From Candidatus Wukongarchaeum yapensis (lineage in GTDB: Archaea > Asgardarchaeota > Wukongarchaeia > Wukongarchaeales > Wukongarchaeaceae), in contig JAEOSI010000011.1 in NCBI GenBank assembly GCA_016840425.1, positions 1-22,408 on the forward strand: a stretch of 22,408 bases of DNA, read 5' to 3'. The translations under genes and the position numbers were made by a program. Below, piece after piece: positions 1 to 7,923 of this stretch; the first letter of the stretch is position 1, and each line of letters opens with the position of its first letter. The notes under the pieces were generated by a model, which was not told where the DNA came from, ran no database searches, and worked only from the letters and a program-made list of their open reading frames with translations.

Positions 1-1
1 C

Positions 2-85
2 GATAAAAGCGAAGTAGAGAAACTGAAAGAAAAATATGATACGATATTGAATCATATCCAGAGGCTAACACAATTACTTTATTAG
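2..85 (+). CDS. 3' end of an upstream CDS (partial, ...DKSEVEKLKEKYDTILNHIQRLTQLLY*)
   Basis: Frame is open from the window edge to TAG at 83-85 and reads as a coiled-coil-like peptide. It is too short to assign a function. Confidence 0.45.
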   Translation, partial: DKSEVEKLKEKYDTILNHIQRLTQLLY

Positions 86-137
86 GAGAATTTATAAGAA
101 AACTATTAAACAGATAATTTTAATCAAGCTAATCGAT

Positions 138-171
138 CTCATTTTTAATCCAAACTCATTTTTAATCCAAA
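138..171. repeat. Perfect 17-bp tandem duplication (CTCATTTTTAATCCAAA x2) upstream of the AAA ATPase
   Basis: 138-154 is identical to 155-171. Confidence 0.9.
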
Positions 172-244
172 AAATCTACAAAAACACTACATAGTAAAAA
201 CAACTAAAAACAAAATTAATCATATCTGGAACCAACCCGGAAAT

Positions 245-363
245 CTTCCTTGGAGGATATGAGAAAAACGATTCAGCAAAATGACGATACGAAGCAGTTA
301 GAGCTTCCTTGGAGGATATGAGAAAAACGATTCAGCAAAATGACGATACGAAGCAGTTAGAGC
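245..363 (+). repeat. Perfect 59-bp tandem duplication spanning the SD site and start codon of the AAA ATPase
   Basis: 245-303 equals 304-362 (CTTCCTTGGAGGATATGAGAAAAACG...GCAGTTAGAG). Confidence 0.95.
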
Positions 364-1901
364 GGGATCTGACTAACGCTATCAAAGCCAGATACCCGCT
401 AATCTGGTTAAAAACCACAGAGGAAAGAAGAGTTCTAGAAATTATTACAAATGTAGTCGCAAAAAGGAATCGTAAAGCTTACGTTTATGACATAGTAAGA
501 CTATGGACATCGATCTCCGAGTGGACTACCAGTACTACTCAACGCCAAGAATTCAACAAAGATCTAAGAGGTGAATCGTTGGAAGAAGCCTTAGATTCGG
601 TTTTGGAAAACAGGGATTCTGAATCAATCTTCATTTTCCCAGACTTCCATGTTATAAATACCTATCAATCTCCAATTGTGTTTGTTAGGCGCTTAAAATA
701 TATGTCCGAACGGCTTCGAGCTGGCAGGGCCTCTGTGATTTTCATCTCTCATTCGTTAGAACTTCCCCAAGAGTTGCGAGACATTGTTCATACAATGGAG
801 GCCAAACCTCCAGGATTAAGGGAACTTATCGGCGAAATTACGCGGGTTGCAAGTGAAGTAGAAGTGTCAGATTCAGAGATGGATGCTACTGCTCGAGCGG
901 CACTGGGGCTCTCGTTAAATCAGGCGAGTCGTTTATTTTCAATGGCGATAATTGCAAGCCCAAAAGACCCCTCTAAATGGGTGCTGATCGTGACCCAAGG
1001 GAAGCGCGATATTGTCCGAGGTTCTGGGGCAATGGAGTTCTTTTCTCCCCAAGAATGTCCTACTGATCTAGGTGGACTGAAAATCTTAAAAGAATGGCTG
1101 GAACGTAGAAAACAAGCTTTTACGAAGGAGGCTGAAGAATATGGTCTTCCTTTGCCTGGAGGAGTAGCCCTCATCGGCATTCCAGGAACTGGAAAATCCC
1201 TAGCGGCAAAATTTATTGCTGGCTCTTGGGGTCTACCCCTTCTCCGACTGGATCTTGGGGCTGTCTTTGGAAGTTTGGCAGGGCAGTCTGAAGAAAATAT
1301 TCGAAGGGCGCTTCAAATGGCAGAAGCAATTGCTCCTTGCGTTCTTTGGATCGATGAGATTGAGAAGGGAGTGCAAACGGAAGGCTTGGATGCTGGTACT
1401 TCTGCAAGAGTTTTTGCCTCTTTACTCACTTGGATGCAAGAGAAACTTCGTCCTGTATTTGTTGTAGCAACTGCTAATGACGTCGAAAAGATTCCTCCAG
1501 AACTCCTTAGAAAGGGACGTTTTGACGAAGTGTTCTTCCTCGATCTGCCTATAGAGAAAGAACGGATAGAGATCTTTGAAGTGCACCTTAGAAGAGTTAG
1601 AAGAGATCCCGAGAAATTTGATATCAAGAAGCTTGTAAGGGCGTCTGAGAAATTTGTCGGAGCAGAGATCGAGCAGGTTGTTCGAGAGGCTCTTTACAAA
1701 GCGTTCAACGAAGGAAAACGAGAACCAACAACAGAGGATATTCTTGACGCCTTGAAGAGAACGGTTCCGCTAAGTGAAGCCAAGAAAGAAGTGATCGAAA
1801 GACTGCAATTGTGGCTTAAGAATAGACAAGCTATTTCCGCTTCCGAGGAGGAGCCTAAAGAGGTCGAAATGATAGGCATTCCACGTCTTGAGAAGGATTA
1901 A
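318..1901 (+). CDS. AAA+ ATPase, Ycf46/SpoVK-like
   Basis: Walker A GIPGTGKS, Walker B LWIDEIEK, sensor-1/SRH ATAND..IPPELLRKGRFDE. The N-terminal degenerate AAA-like domain (RYPLIWLKTTEERR) is typical of the Ycf46 family. ATG at 318 follows GGAGG; the track's TTG at 309 is in the same frame. Confidence 0.85.
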   Translation: MRKTIQQNDDTKQLERDLTNAIKARYPLIWLKTTEERRVLEIITNVVAKRNRKAYVYDIVRLWTSISEWTTSTTQRQEFNKDLRGESLEEALDSVLENRDSESIFIFPDFHVINTYQSPIVFVRRLKYMSERLRAGRASVIFISHSLELPQELRDIVHTMEAKPPGLRELIGEITRVASEVEVSDSEMDATARAALGLSLNQASRLFSMAIIASPKDPSKWVLIVTQGKRDIVRGSGAMEFFSPQECPTDLGGLKILKEWLERRKQAFTKEAEEYGLPLPGGVALIGIPGTGKSLAAKFIAGSWGLPLLRLDLGAVFGSLAGQSEENIRRALQMAEAIAPCVLWIDEIEKGVQTEGLDAGTSARVFASLLTWMQEKLRPVFVVATANDVEKIPPELLRKGRFDEVFFLDLPIEKERIEIFEVHLRRVRRDPEKFDIKKLVRASEKFVGAEIEQVVREALYKAFNEGKREPTTEDILDALKRTVPLSEAKKEVIERLQLWLKNRQAISASEEEPKEVEMIGIPRLEKD

Positions 1902-1930
1902 TAAGTTTCTAGTAGGGAGGCAGAAGATGC

Positions 1931-2407
1931 TTGTCTGAAGATAGAAATAATGTTTCGAAAAAGGATGAGAGAGTCTTCTTTAACACTTATGCGCGTCTAC
2001 CTTCAGAAGATCAAAATAAGCAATTTTTTGCTCTCTTTCGTAAATGGGCAGAAAACCCTGTTTATGGTCTCCCAAAACTGCTAGAAATAATAGCTTCTCA
2101 CGAGGGGGAGAAAGTTATCAAGTTATGGAATGAGGAGAAAAACCAAACCGAAATAGCGCGAAAACTAGGAGTAAGTCAACCAGCAATAAGATATATCCTA
2201 GAAAAAAACGCAGACAAACTTGAAAGAACGCTCTACGGTATGGAAAAAGCAAAACTACTAAGCATAAACATATTACCAAAATTAGAGAACCTACTAGGAG
2301 ATTTGAAAAAACAATTTTATGAAACGTCCTCTAGAAAGGTTAAAAAAGAGTTTATTAGCGATTTAGAAAACATTATCGCGGGACTAAAAAACGGTTTAAA
2401 ACAATAA
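1931..2407 (+). CDS. Helix-turn-helix domain protein with a C-terminal coiled coil
   Basis: QTEIARKLGVSQPAIRYILEK matches an HTH pattern. GGGAGG lies at 1915-1920 before TTG. Confidence 0.7.
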   Translation: MSEDRNNVSKKDERVFFNTYARLPSEDQNKQFFALFRKWAENPVYGLPKLLEIIASHEGEKVIKLWNEEKNQTEIARKLGVSQPAIRYILEKNADKLERTLYGMEKAKLLSINILPKLENLLGDLKKQFYETSSRKVKKEFISDLENIIAGLKNGLKQ

Positions 2408-2784
2408 TCTACTCCTTTTTCTATTAATTTTTGTAGGGGAAAAAAGATCGTGATAAAAAGCTTAACTTTCCTTCTTTACATCCATTATTTTATCTATTTG
2501 AACACTCAGCACTTCGCCATCGCTTCTTATTTTTTCTAAAAGATTCCTCTGTTCAAGTGTTAGTTCTTTGGAAAGTTTGCTTTCAAATAAACTTTATAAA
2601 GTGCATTAGCATCAACAAATTTTAAACATTAAAATAGAAGGTATGAAGTGAAAACCATTAATCTATGCGCTTTGTCCCCTTTTATTCTTACCAATTCTCA
2701 TAACGGTTCCACTCCAACAAAACAAAGTTCAAGCAACCCCGGTAGACGACGACACGCTGCCTGTAAGAACAAGGAGGGAAAAAC

Positions 2785-3039
2785 ACGATAAAACGTGTAA
2801 TCGGCGGAATCATGATGTTATTCGGCGGAATCATGCTGTTCTGGGGGCTGCTATTTGCTTCCCTCATGGAAGACCTAATCGGCGGAATCATGATGTTATT
2901 CGGCGAAATCATGCCGTTCTGGGGACTGCTATTTGATTCCCTCATGGAAAACCCTCTGGCATACATCATTTTCTGGACAGTTATATTCGGTGTTGGTGTG
3001 TGGTTATGGGAAACAAGCAAACCAGAAAAGGGAAGGTAA
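2785..3039 (+). CDS. Small integral membrane protein with an internal duplication (start uncertain: ACG 2785 after SD, or ATG 2812)
   Basis: Hydrophobic Gly/Met/Leu-rich helices. GGAGG at 2773-2777 is 7 nt before the in-frame ACG. Confidence 0.55.
   Translation, partial: TIKRVIGGIMMLFGGIMLFWGLLFASLMEDLIGGIMMLFGEIMPFWGLLFDSLMENPLAYIIFWTVIFGVGVWLWETSKPEKGR
2798..2953. repeat. 78-bp tandem duplication (5 mismatches) with a nested 21-bp repeat
   Basis: 2798-2875 versus 2876-2953. Each unit begins with two 21-bp copies of (A/T)TCGGCG(G/A)AATCATG... Confidence 0.9.
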
Positions 3040-3041
3040 AA

Positions 3042-3170
3042 ATGCAGACAGGAACCTTAAGAGAAGGGTATGAAAGAGGGGATCAATTCTGCCCAAATTG
3101 CGGCAGAAGAATCGGCGTAGATGATCGTTTCTGCCCAAATTGCGGTAAACAAATAAAAGGGATATCCTAG
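3042..3170 (+). CDS. 42-aa double zinc-ribbon protein (not in ORF track)
   Basis: Hand translation gives [42 protein letters not shown], with two CPNCG knuckles 14 aa apart. The 17-mer TTCTGCCCAAATTGCGG occurs at 3087 and 3129. Confidence 0.75.
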   Translation: MQTGTLREGYERGDQFCPNCGRRIGVDDRFCPNCGKQIKGIS

Positions 3171-3311
3171 ACCAAACCCCCTATTAAACCACTTTCTAAT
3201 TTTTTATTTAAATATGGCTTAGAAAATAAGTTCGTATGAAAAATAAAACGTTCTAAAAAATAAAAAGTTGGAAAGTTATCGACAAACAACGGCTTAAAAC
3301 CGAGAGAAAGG

Positions 3312-3600
3312 TCACCAACTCTTAGGTTTTTTAAAAACACGGTATTCGGCAATTTCTCCAACTTTTTTACCCCTTGAAAAATCAGATTTTGCAACTTTTG
3401 TAACCTCGGTAACATTATTTACAATTTGTGTTACTCTCTCCCTTGTTATTTCCGCGATTCCAAGCTCTTTCAAGCGGTCTACTATTTCTTGTTGCTTCCA
3501 CCCCAACAAGTCCAGCCTATAAATCAAAGCGTTACGCGAAATCTCATAACTATTCTTAATACCGTGTCGCCAACTTTACGACAGTTCTCTACACTATAAC
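3312..3600 (-). pseudogene. HTH-containing gene fragment, resembling the middle of archaeal ParB-like/DNA-methylase fusion proteins
   Basis: SRNALIYRLDLLGWKQQEIVDRLKELGIAEITRERVTQIV is HTH-like. The frame continues upstream only to a TAA at 3576-3578, with a second HTH-like piece (V*RTVV) in another frame. The family assignment is from memory and unverified. Confidence 0.45.
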
Positions 3601-3644
3601 GCGACAAAACCGCTAAAAACAAACCACTTTTATTTCAAAAATGA

Positions 3645-3866
3645 AACATTCCTAGTAGGCTCGTTATGTTTGAAAGAGCATTAACACTAACCTTTATGTA
3701 TTTAAAGGTACCCGAAGCAGTACCTATGATATTTGTAGCGAAATCCATCATAAGGTTTGATTATTCAAAGGAAAGATACCTCGCAGAATACTACTTAGCA
3801 GGAACTTTAGGTAGTATAACTTTTGCAGTAATTGTCGGCATTATCATAAATTACATCGTAGCTTAG
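3645..3866 (+). pseudogene. C-terminal fragment of a DUF3307-like membrane protein
   Basis: FERALTLTF...AKSIIRF.....YLAEYYLAGTLGS matches the conserved C-terminal motif I recall for DUF3307-type proteins (ER.L...AKS..RF...AEY.L.GT..S). The N-terminal part is absent, with an in-frame TGA at 3642. Confidence 0.55.
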
Positions 3867-3879
3867 GAGAGTATTTTTC

Positions 3880-4404
3880 GTGTTGGAGTTTAAAAGAGGG
3901 TTGTTTATTGGTAGGTTTCAACCGGTTCATTTTGGCCATATGCACGCTATAAAGTCAACTTTATCCTTTGTTGAAGAGTTAGTTATTATTATAGGAAGTG
4001 CTCAATTTAGTTATACCGTAGATAATCCGTTTACTGCGGGAGAGCGTGTGGAGATGATAAAATTAGCTGCTTTTGAGGAGGGGATCTCTTGTGACCGTTT
4101 GTTTGTTATTCCGATTAGTGATGTTCAAAGTCATAGCTTATGGGTTTCCCATGTTAAATCACGTTCTCCTTCTTTTGAGGTCGTATTTACTGGAAATTCT
4201 TTTGTAAAGCTTCTTTTTGAAGATGGAGGGTTTGAAGTAAGAAATATCACGTTATGGAAGCGGGAGAAATTTAATGCTACTGAAATTCGGAAAAAAATGA
4301 TAGGTGGAGGAAATTGGGAAGAGTTGGTGCCAAAATCTGTTGCAGATTTTATTAAAAAAATCGATGGCGTTAGAAGGGTTAAAATAAGGGTTTCCAATGA
4401 CTAG
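3880..4404 (+). CDS. nadM: Nicotinamide-nucleotide adenylyltransferase (archaeal NMNAT)
   Basis: FIGRFQPVHFGH (HxGH), IGSAQ.S....NPFTAGER and a SATEIR-like NATEIRKKM motif. GTG start after AGGAG. Confidence 0.95.
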   Translation: MLEFKRGLFIGRFQPVHFGHMHAIKSTLSFVEELVIIIGSAQFSYTVDNPFTAGERVEMIKLAAFEEGISCDRLFVIPISDVQSHSLWVSHVKSRSPSFEVVFTGNSFVKLLFEDGGFEVRNITLWKREKFNATEIRKKMIGGGNWEELVPKSVADFIKKIDGVRRVKIRVSND

Positions 4405-4418
4405 AAAAAATGATAGGT

Positions 4419-5900
4419 TTAGTCTTTTTGGATTAAAAATTCGCAGTAAGGGTCGCCTGTTCCGTGGCATTTGGTTTCTGTTACTAGGGTAGTATCTATA
4501 TTTGTTAAGATTTCTAGCCTGCCTGCCATGTAGCCTGCTTGGAAGTCGCAGAAAGTTTTTCCGAGTCCCGGTACCCCCGTGGCATATGCACAGTCATGTA
4601 TTTTTATGGTGGCTTCTTCTTCGGAAAGTTCGATTATTTCACAGAATGCGTGTGCTCTGGATATGTGCATTATTGGGTGGGTTAAATAGTCGTGGAGAAC
4701 AAGGATTCCTGTTTCGAAGTCTAGTGGTTTTTCTATGTTTCTTTTTTTCATGCTTTTTCTAAGAATTTCTTTTCCAGGACCAAAATTTCCAAGTTCTCTT
4801 CCAGCTGAATAAAGTATGCTTCCACAGAATTCGTCCATGATTTTTGCAGAAGTTATTGGTTGTTGTAAAAATCCCATGTAGACATAATCACCTATAGTTG
4901 GGCGTTGCACATTTTTCATTAGAACAGAAGCATTAAAATGGTCAGCAACTGTTTTTATAAGGAGTCTGAAAAGGTCTCGTCGTTCAGGGATTGGGGGAGA
5001 TGGTTCATATTTTTTGTTTTCTGCTTCATCGCTGATATCGATTGTAAATTCACAGTATTCATGCCCTGTGCCCCAACATGCGTTTTCTTCTACGAAAGTT
5101 ATTTTTCCGAGGAGCGCTTGCGTGATACCTGCTATTTCTCCGGCTATGAAAGGACATAAATGTTCGCCTATATCAGGGGCTCCGACAGAGGTAGCTAGAC
5201 CATATATTCTTATTTTCGCTGTTTCATCCTCAATAGAGATTATTTCAGTGGTTTCAGCTATAAAAAGAGGAAAGGGAGAATCAGAAGAGTATATTTTCTG
5301 GAAGCCTTTAATTATCTCTTTAAAACGGTCACTTAGGCTCAGTTTTTCGTATATTTGTGAGTTAGCCGTTGTCAGGAGGCTGTGACCTGCGCCAAATAGG
5401 CCTAAATCTTTTCCGAGGATATACATGAACTGTTCTGCTAAAGGATCTAAGGCCAAAATAGAAAGTATGTTTTGTTGTAGGAGGCCGATGTGACAATAAT
5501 CGCCTATGTTTGGCCGTATTATTTGTTCTTGATTCATTGAATCTAATGTGTTTTGGGTGAGAATAAGCAAGTTTTCTTTGTGAATTTCTCTTAATTTTTC
5601 CCGCTCAATAACAGTTTCAAAAAGTTTTGTTTGCAGTTTTTCTGCTATTGTAATTTCATCAATTAGTTCGCTCGTTATTTTCTCATCGTTGATTAAGAGC
5701 GTGGGAAGCCGTCTAATATCATATTTTTCTACAAGCTCACGTTCTTCATCTACATCAATCTTATTATAATGAGTACTAATCCCAAATCCAGGCCCCAAGA
5801 ATTTCCTAATTATACGATCTACTGAAACACATGGCCCACATGTAGGACTAGTGAAAAGAATCACCCTCACAGGAGGCATCATAGAAAAATCTTTAGACAT
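4419..5900 (-). CDS. Thioredoxin-fold domain fused to two V4R (4-vinyl reductase) domains
   Basis: N-terminal FTSPTCGPC, a KIDVD motif and RRLPTLLIND (cis-Pro). Two V4R repeats (RPxIGDY...LQQ; C.F.AG..AG...E..C.GTG..YCEF). Confidence 0.85.
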   Translation of the reverse strand: MSKDFSMMPPVRVILFTSPTCGPCVSVDRIIRKFLGPGFGISTHYNKIDVDEERELVEKYDIRRLPTLLINDEKITSELIDEITIAEKLQTKLFETVIEREKLREIHKENLLILTQNTLDSMNQEQIIRPNIGDYCHIGLLQQNILSILALDPLAEQFMYILGKDLGLFGAGHSLLTTANSQIYEKLSLSDRFKEIIKGFQKIYSSDSPFPLFIAETTEIISIEDETAKIRIYGLATSVGAPDIGEHLCPFIAGEIAGITQALLGKITFVEENACWGTGHEYCEFTIDISDEAENKKYEPSPPIPERRDLFRLLIKTVADHFNASVLMKNVQRPTIGDYVYMGFLQQPITSAKIMDEFCGSILYSAGRELGNFGPGKEILRKSMKKRNIEKPLDFETGILVLHDYLTHPIMHISRAHAFCEIIELSEEEATIKIHDCAYATGVPGLGKTFCDFQAGYMAGRLEILTNIDTTLVTETKCHGTGDPYCEFLIQKD

Positions 5901-5979
5901 CTTTACTCATCTTATAGTATTGTTATCATTTTAGATATATATTCCTCTTTCTCTACCAATAAAATCGAAAGAAAAATAA

Positions 5980-6087
5980 TGGGCGAGCCCGGATTCGAAC
6001 CGGGGACCTCCACTTTACGCGTTTTCAAACTTAGTATGCAAGATGTCTCGTAAGGGTGGCATCATAACCGAACTAGACTACTCGCCC
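5980..6087 (-). tRNA. tRNA-Val(UAC) with a 33-nt intron at non-canonical position 39/40 (intron 6014-6046)
   Basis: Acceptor stem GGGCGAG/CTCGCCC, anticodon TAC at 6052-6050, T-loop TTCGAAT. Removing 6014-6046 restores the CCACC/GGTGG stem. The BHB central helix is TACG/CGTA. Confidence 0.9.
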
Positions 6088-6166
6088 CTGTCATTAGTTT
6101 TTCCAATTTCTTAATTGATAAAAATATTATAAAACTTGTTTAGTTTTTAGTTTTTTTTAAATTTTT

Positions 6167-6760
6167 TTAATTATGTTTTTTTATTTTCTGTCCGATTAGG
6201 TCATCTTTTTCATCATTATTAAATAGTCCGAATTCTTTTAAAAAAATTAGTTGTTTTTCGACGATTTCTCTGCTGTTTTTTGTTTTTGAATAGGTTTCAA
6301 GGAAAACTTTATTTTGTGTTAGAAAATTTGGTCCCCATTTGAATATGGATAGAAGGTCTTTGGCTTGGTTTTTTGCCCCTAAAATGAAGAGTGTAGCAGC
6401 TATTGCTTCCGCAGTGCTTAGTTTGAAAGGTTTGCCGTAATTTATCGGATTAACCGCGATTAGGAAAGGTAGGGCTCTGCTTTCTTTTTTTAGAAAATTT
6501 AGAAGGATTTTACTTTCATTCCAGGAACAATCTATTCCAATTATCCCGCTTTTTAGGGCTCTTTCTTGATCCTCTGGTGAAAGGGCTTTTTCTGCAAAGG
6601 GATTTAATATGATTCCTTTTTTCGGGATGATTTTCTTTTTGGTTATAATTTTTGCTTTCTTATGTTTTACTAATTTTAGAGCAGTACATTTTTTGGGATC
6701 ACACTGGGAAATACGATAAATCAAAATTTTGTATTCCTCTAATTGCTGCTGCTTTTTCAG
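6167..6760 (-). CDS. tsr3: 16S/18S rRNA aminocarboxypropyltransferase Tsr3 (DUF367)
   Basis: CDPKKCTALKL, GIDCSW, RALPFLIAVNPINYGKPFKLSTAEA and FKWGPNF motifs. The start is uncertain: TTG 6724 in the track, or CTG 6760 after GGAGG. Confidence 0.92.
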   Translation of the reverse strand: MKKQQQLEEYKILIYRISQCDPKKCTALKLVKHKKAKIITKKKIIPKKGIILNPFAEKALSPEDQERALKSGIIGIDCSWNESKILLNFLKKESRALPFLIAVNPINYGKPFKLSTAEAIAATLFILGAKNQAKDLLSIFKWGPNFLTQNKVFLETYSKTKNSREIVEKQLIFLKEFGLFNNDEKDDLIGQKIKKHN

Positions 6761-6811
6761 AAGTTTTTGCCTCCCCTTGTCATTTATTAAAAAGTTAATT
6801 TAGGGGCTTTA

Positions 6812-7366
6812 TTATTTTTTTGAGAATATGTAGACACCGTCCATGAACACTCTGAAATCTTTTCTGAGTTTGCCTCGGAGCCTAGTGCATTGTTGGATGT
6901 TTGCAGCTGTTTGCGCCACATCTTCTTTATTTATTCCTTCGACTATTACATCGTCTCCTTCTACTCTAACTGTTGTTTTTTCTCCTTGAACTTTTGCTAT
7001 ACGAGGTGCGCGTTCACCGATATAGTTTTTAATTAGAACTTCTTTTCCTTTAGGTTCTACGGTAAGGGGGAAATGGCTGTATACTATTTTTAATCTGTAT
7101 TCAAATCCTTCTGTTACTCCTTTTACCATGTTTTTTATATGGGCAATATACGTGCCTACTCTTGCTTTCTCTTTTTTTCTAACAAGACCAGCTAAAACCG
7201 TTATTTTGTTATTCTCTTTTAAAATTTGGATCTGAGAGTCTGAAAAATCCCTTTGAACTTCGCCTCTTGGGCCGTTTACTATTACTTTTTGTCCCTCTAC
7301 TATGACTTCTATGTTTTCTGGTAGTTCTACTACTTGTTCTATCACTGCTATGCGCGGCATTTTCAA
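6812..7366 (-). CDS. rpl6: 50S ribosomal protein uL6
   Basis: V.VNGPRGEV.RDF, IKNMVKGVTEGFEYRLKIVYSHFP, NYIGER.PR and KDFRVFMDGVYI motifs. Confidence 0.97.
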   Translation of the reverse strand: MKMPRIAVIEQVVELPENIEVIVEGQKVIVNGPRGEVQRDFSDSQIQILKENNKITVLAGLVRKKEKARVGTYIAHIKNMVKGVTEGFEYRLKIVYSHFPLTVEPKGKEVLIKNYIGERAPRIAKVQGEKTTVRVEGDDVIVEGINKEDVAQTAANIQQCTRLRGKLRKDFRVFMDGVYIFSKK

Positions 7367-7417
7367 GCCCTCATAATTTATTTTTTTAATTTTTAAAGAT
7401 TTTAAAATTTACATGTG

Positions 7418-7810
7418 TTAATATACGTAAGCTAAGAGCATGCCTCCAATATCCTTTTCTTTGGCTTCTATATGGGTCAATATTCCTTGAGACGTACTTA
7501 CTATAAGAAAGCCAAAATTCCTTGCAGGTAACCATCTTTGTTCATACTTTTCAAAAACGTCTTTTTTTACGGGGAATCGAGGTTTTATTACCCCACATTT
7601 ATTTATCCTCCCCAAAAGTTGCACTTTAAAAACTCCTGCCCGTCCGTCATCAATAAATTCAAACTCGCCTATAATACCTTGTCTTTGAAAAACCCTTAAA
7701 ACTTCGGCTATTAACTTCGAAGCTGGACGAATGATAACTTCTTTTTTACCTACAACTTCATGATTGTAGATAGTGCTAAGCGCGTCAGCAAGCGGATCTA
7801 GTCTAGTCAT
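7418..7810 (-). CDS. rps8: 30S ribosomal protein uS8
   Basis: [14 protein letters not shown]-like [30 protein letters not shown] and LIVSTSQG motifs. The homologue-like start is ATG 7810. Confidence 0.97.
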   Translation of the reverse strand: MTRLDPLADALSTIYNHEVVGKKEVIIRPASKLIAEVLRVFQRQGIIGEFEFIDDGRAGVFKVQLLGRINKCGVIKPRFPVKKDVFEKYEQRWLPARNFGFLIVSTSQGILTHIEAKEKDIGGMLLAYVY

Positions 7811-7923
7811 TATTGAAGCCTCCAAAAATTAAATCGCTTTAAAATAAAATTAAGCCGAGTTCATAAATCTTTTCTTTTTCCAAAATTATTTAATTTCGCC
7901 ACAGCAATAAACTCTTATATTTT

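Noticed and set aside
920-1879. Short ORFs overlapping the AAA ATPase (920-1180, 1213-1407, 1216-1467, 1313-1627, 1694-1879)
   Set aside because: Shadow or antisense frames of a motif-supported gene, with no motifs of their own.
3008-3014. G_GGA_AAC slippery heptamer
   Set aside because: It is in the wrong frame to shift the membrane ORF.
2688-3020. 110-aa minus-strand ORF with repeated IPP/NNIM motifs
   Set aside because: It is the antisense read of the duplicated membrane gene. The plus strand has the SD site and coherent TM helices.
245-3145. Short direct repeats as a possible CRISPR array
   Set aside because: The units are directly adjacent or two-copy with no unique spacers, and there are no cas genes.
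4131-5385. Alternative ORFs over nadM and the Trx-V4R gene
   Set aside because: Antisense shadows of well-supported genes.
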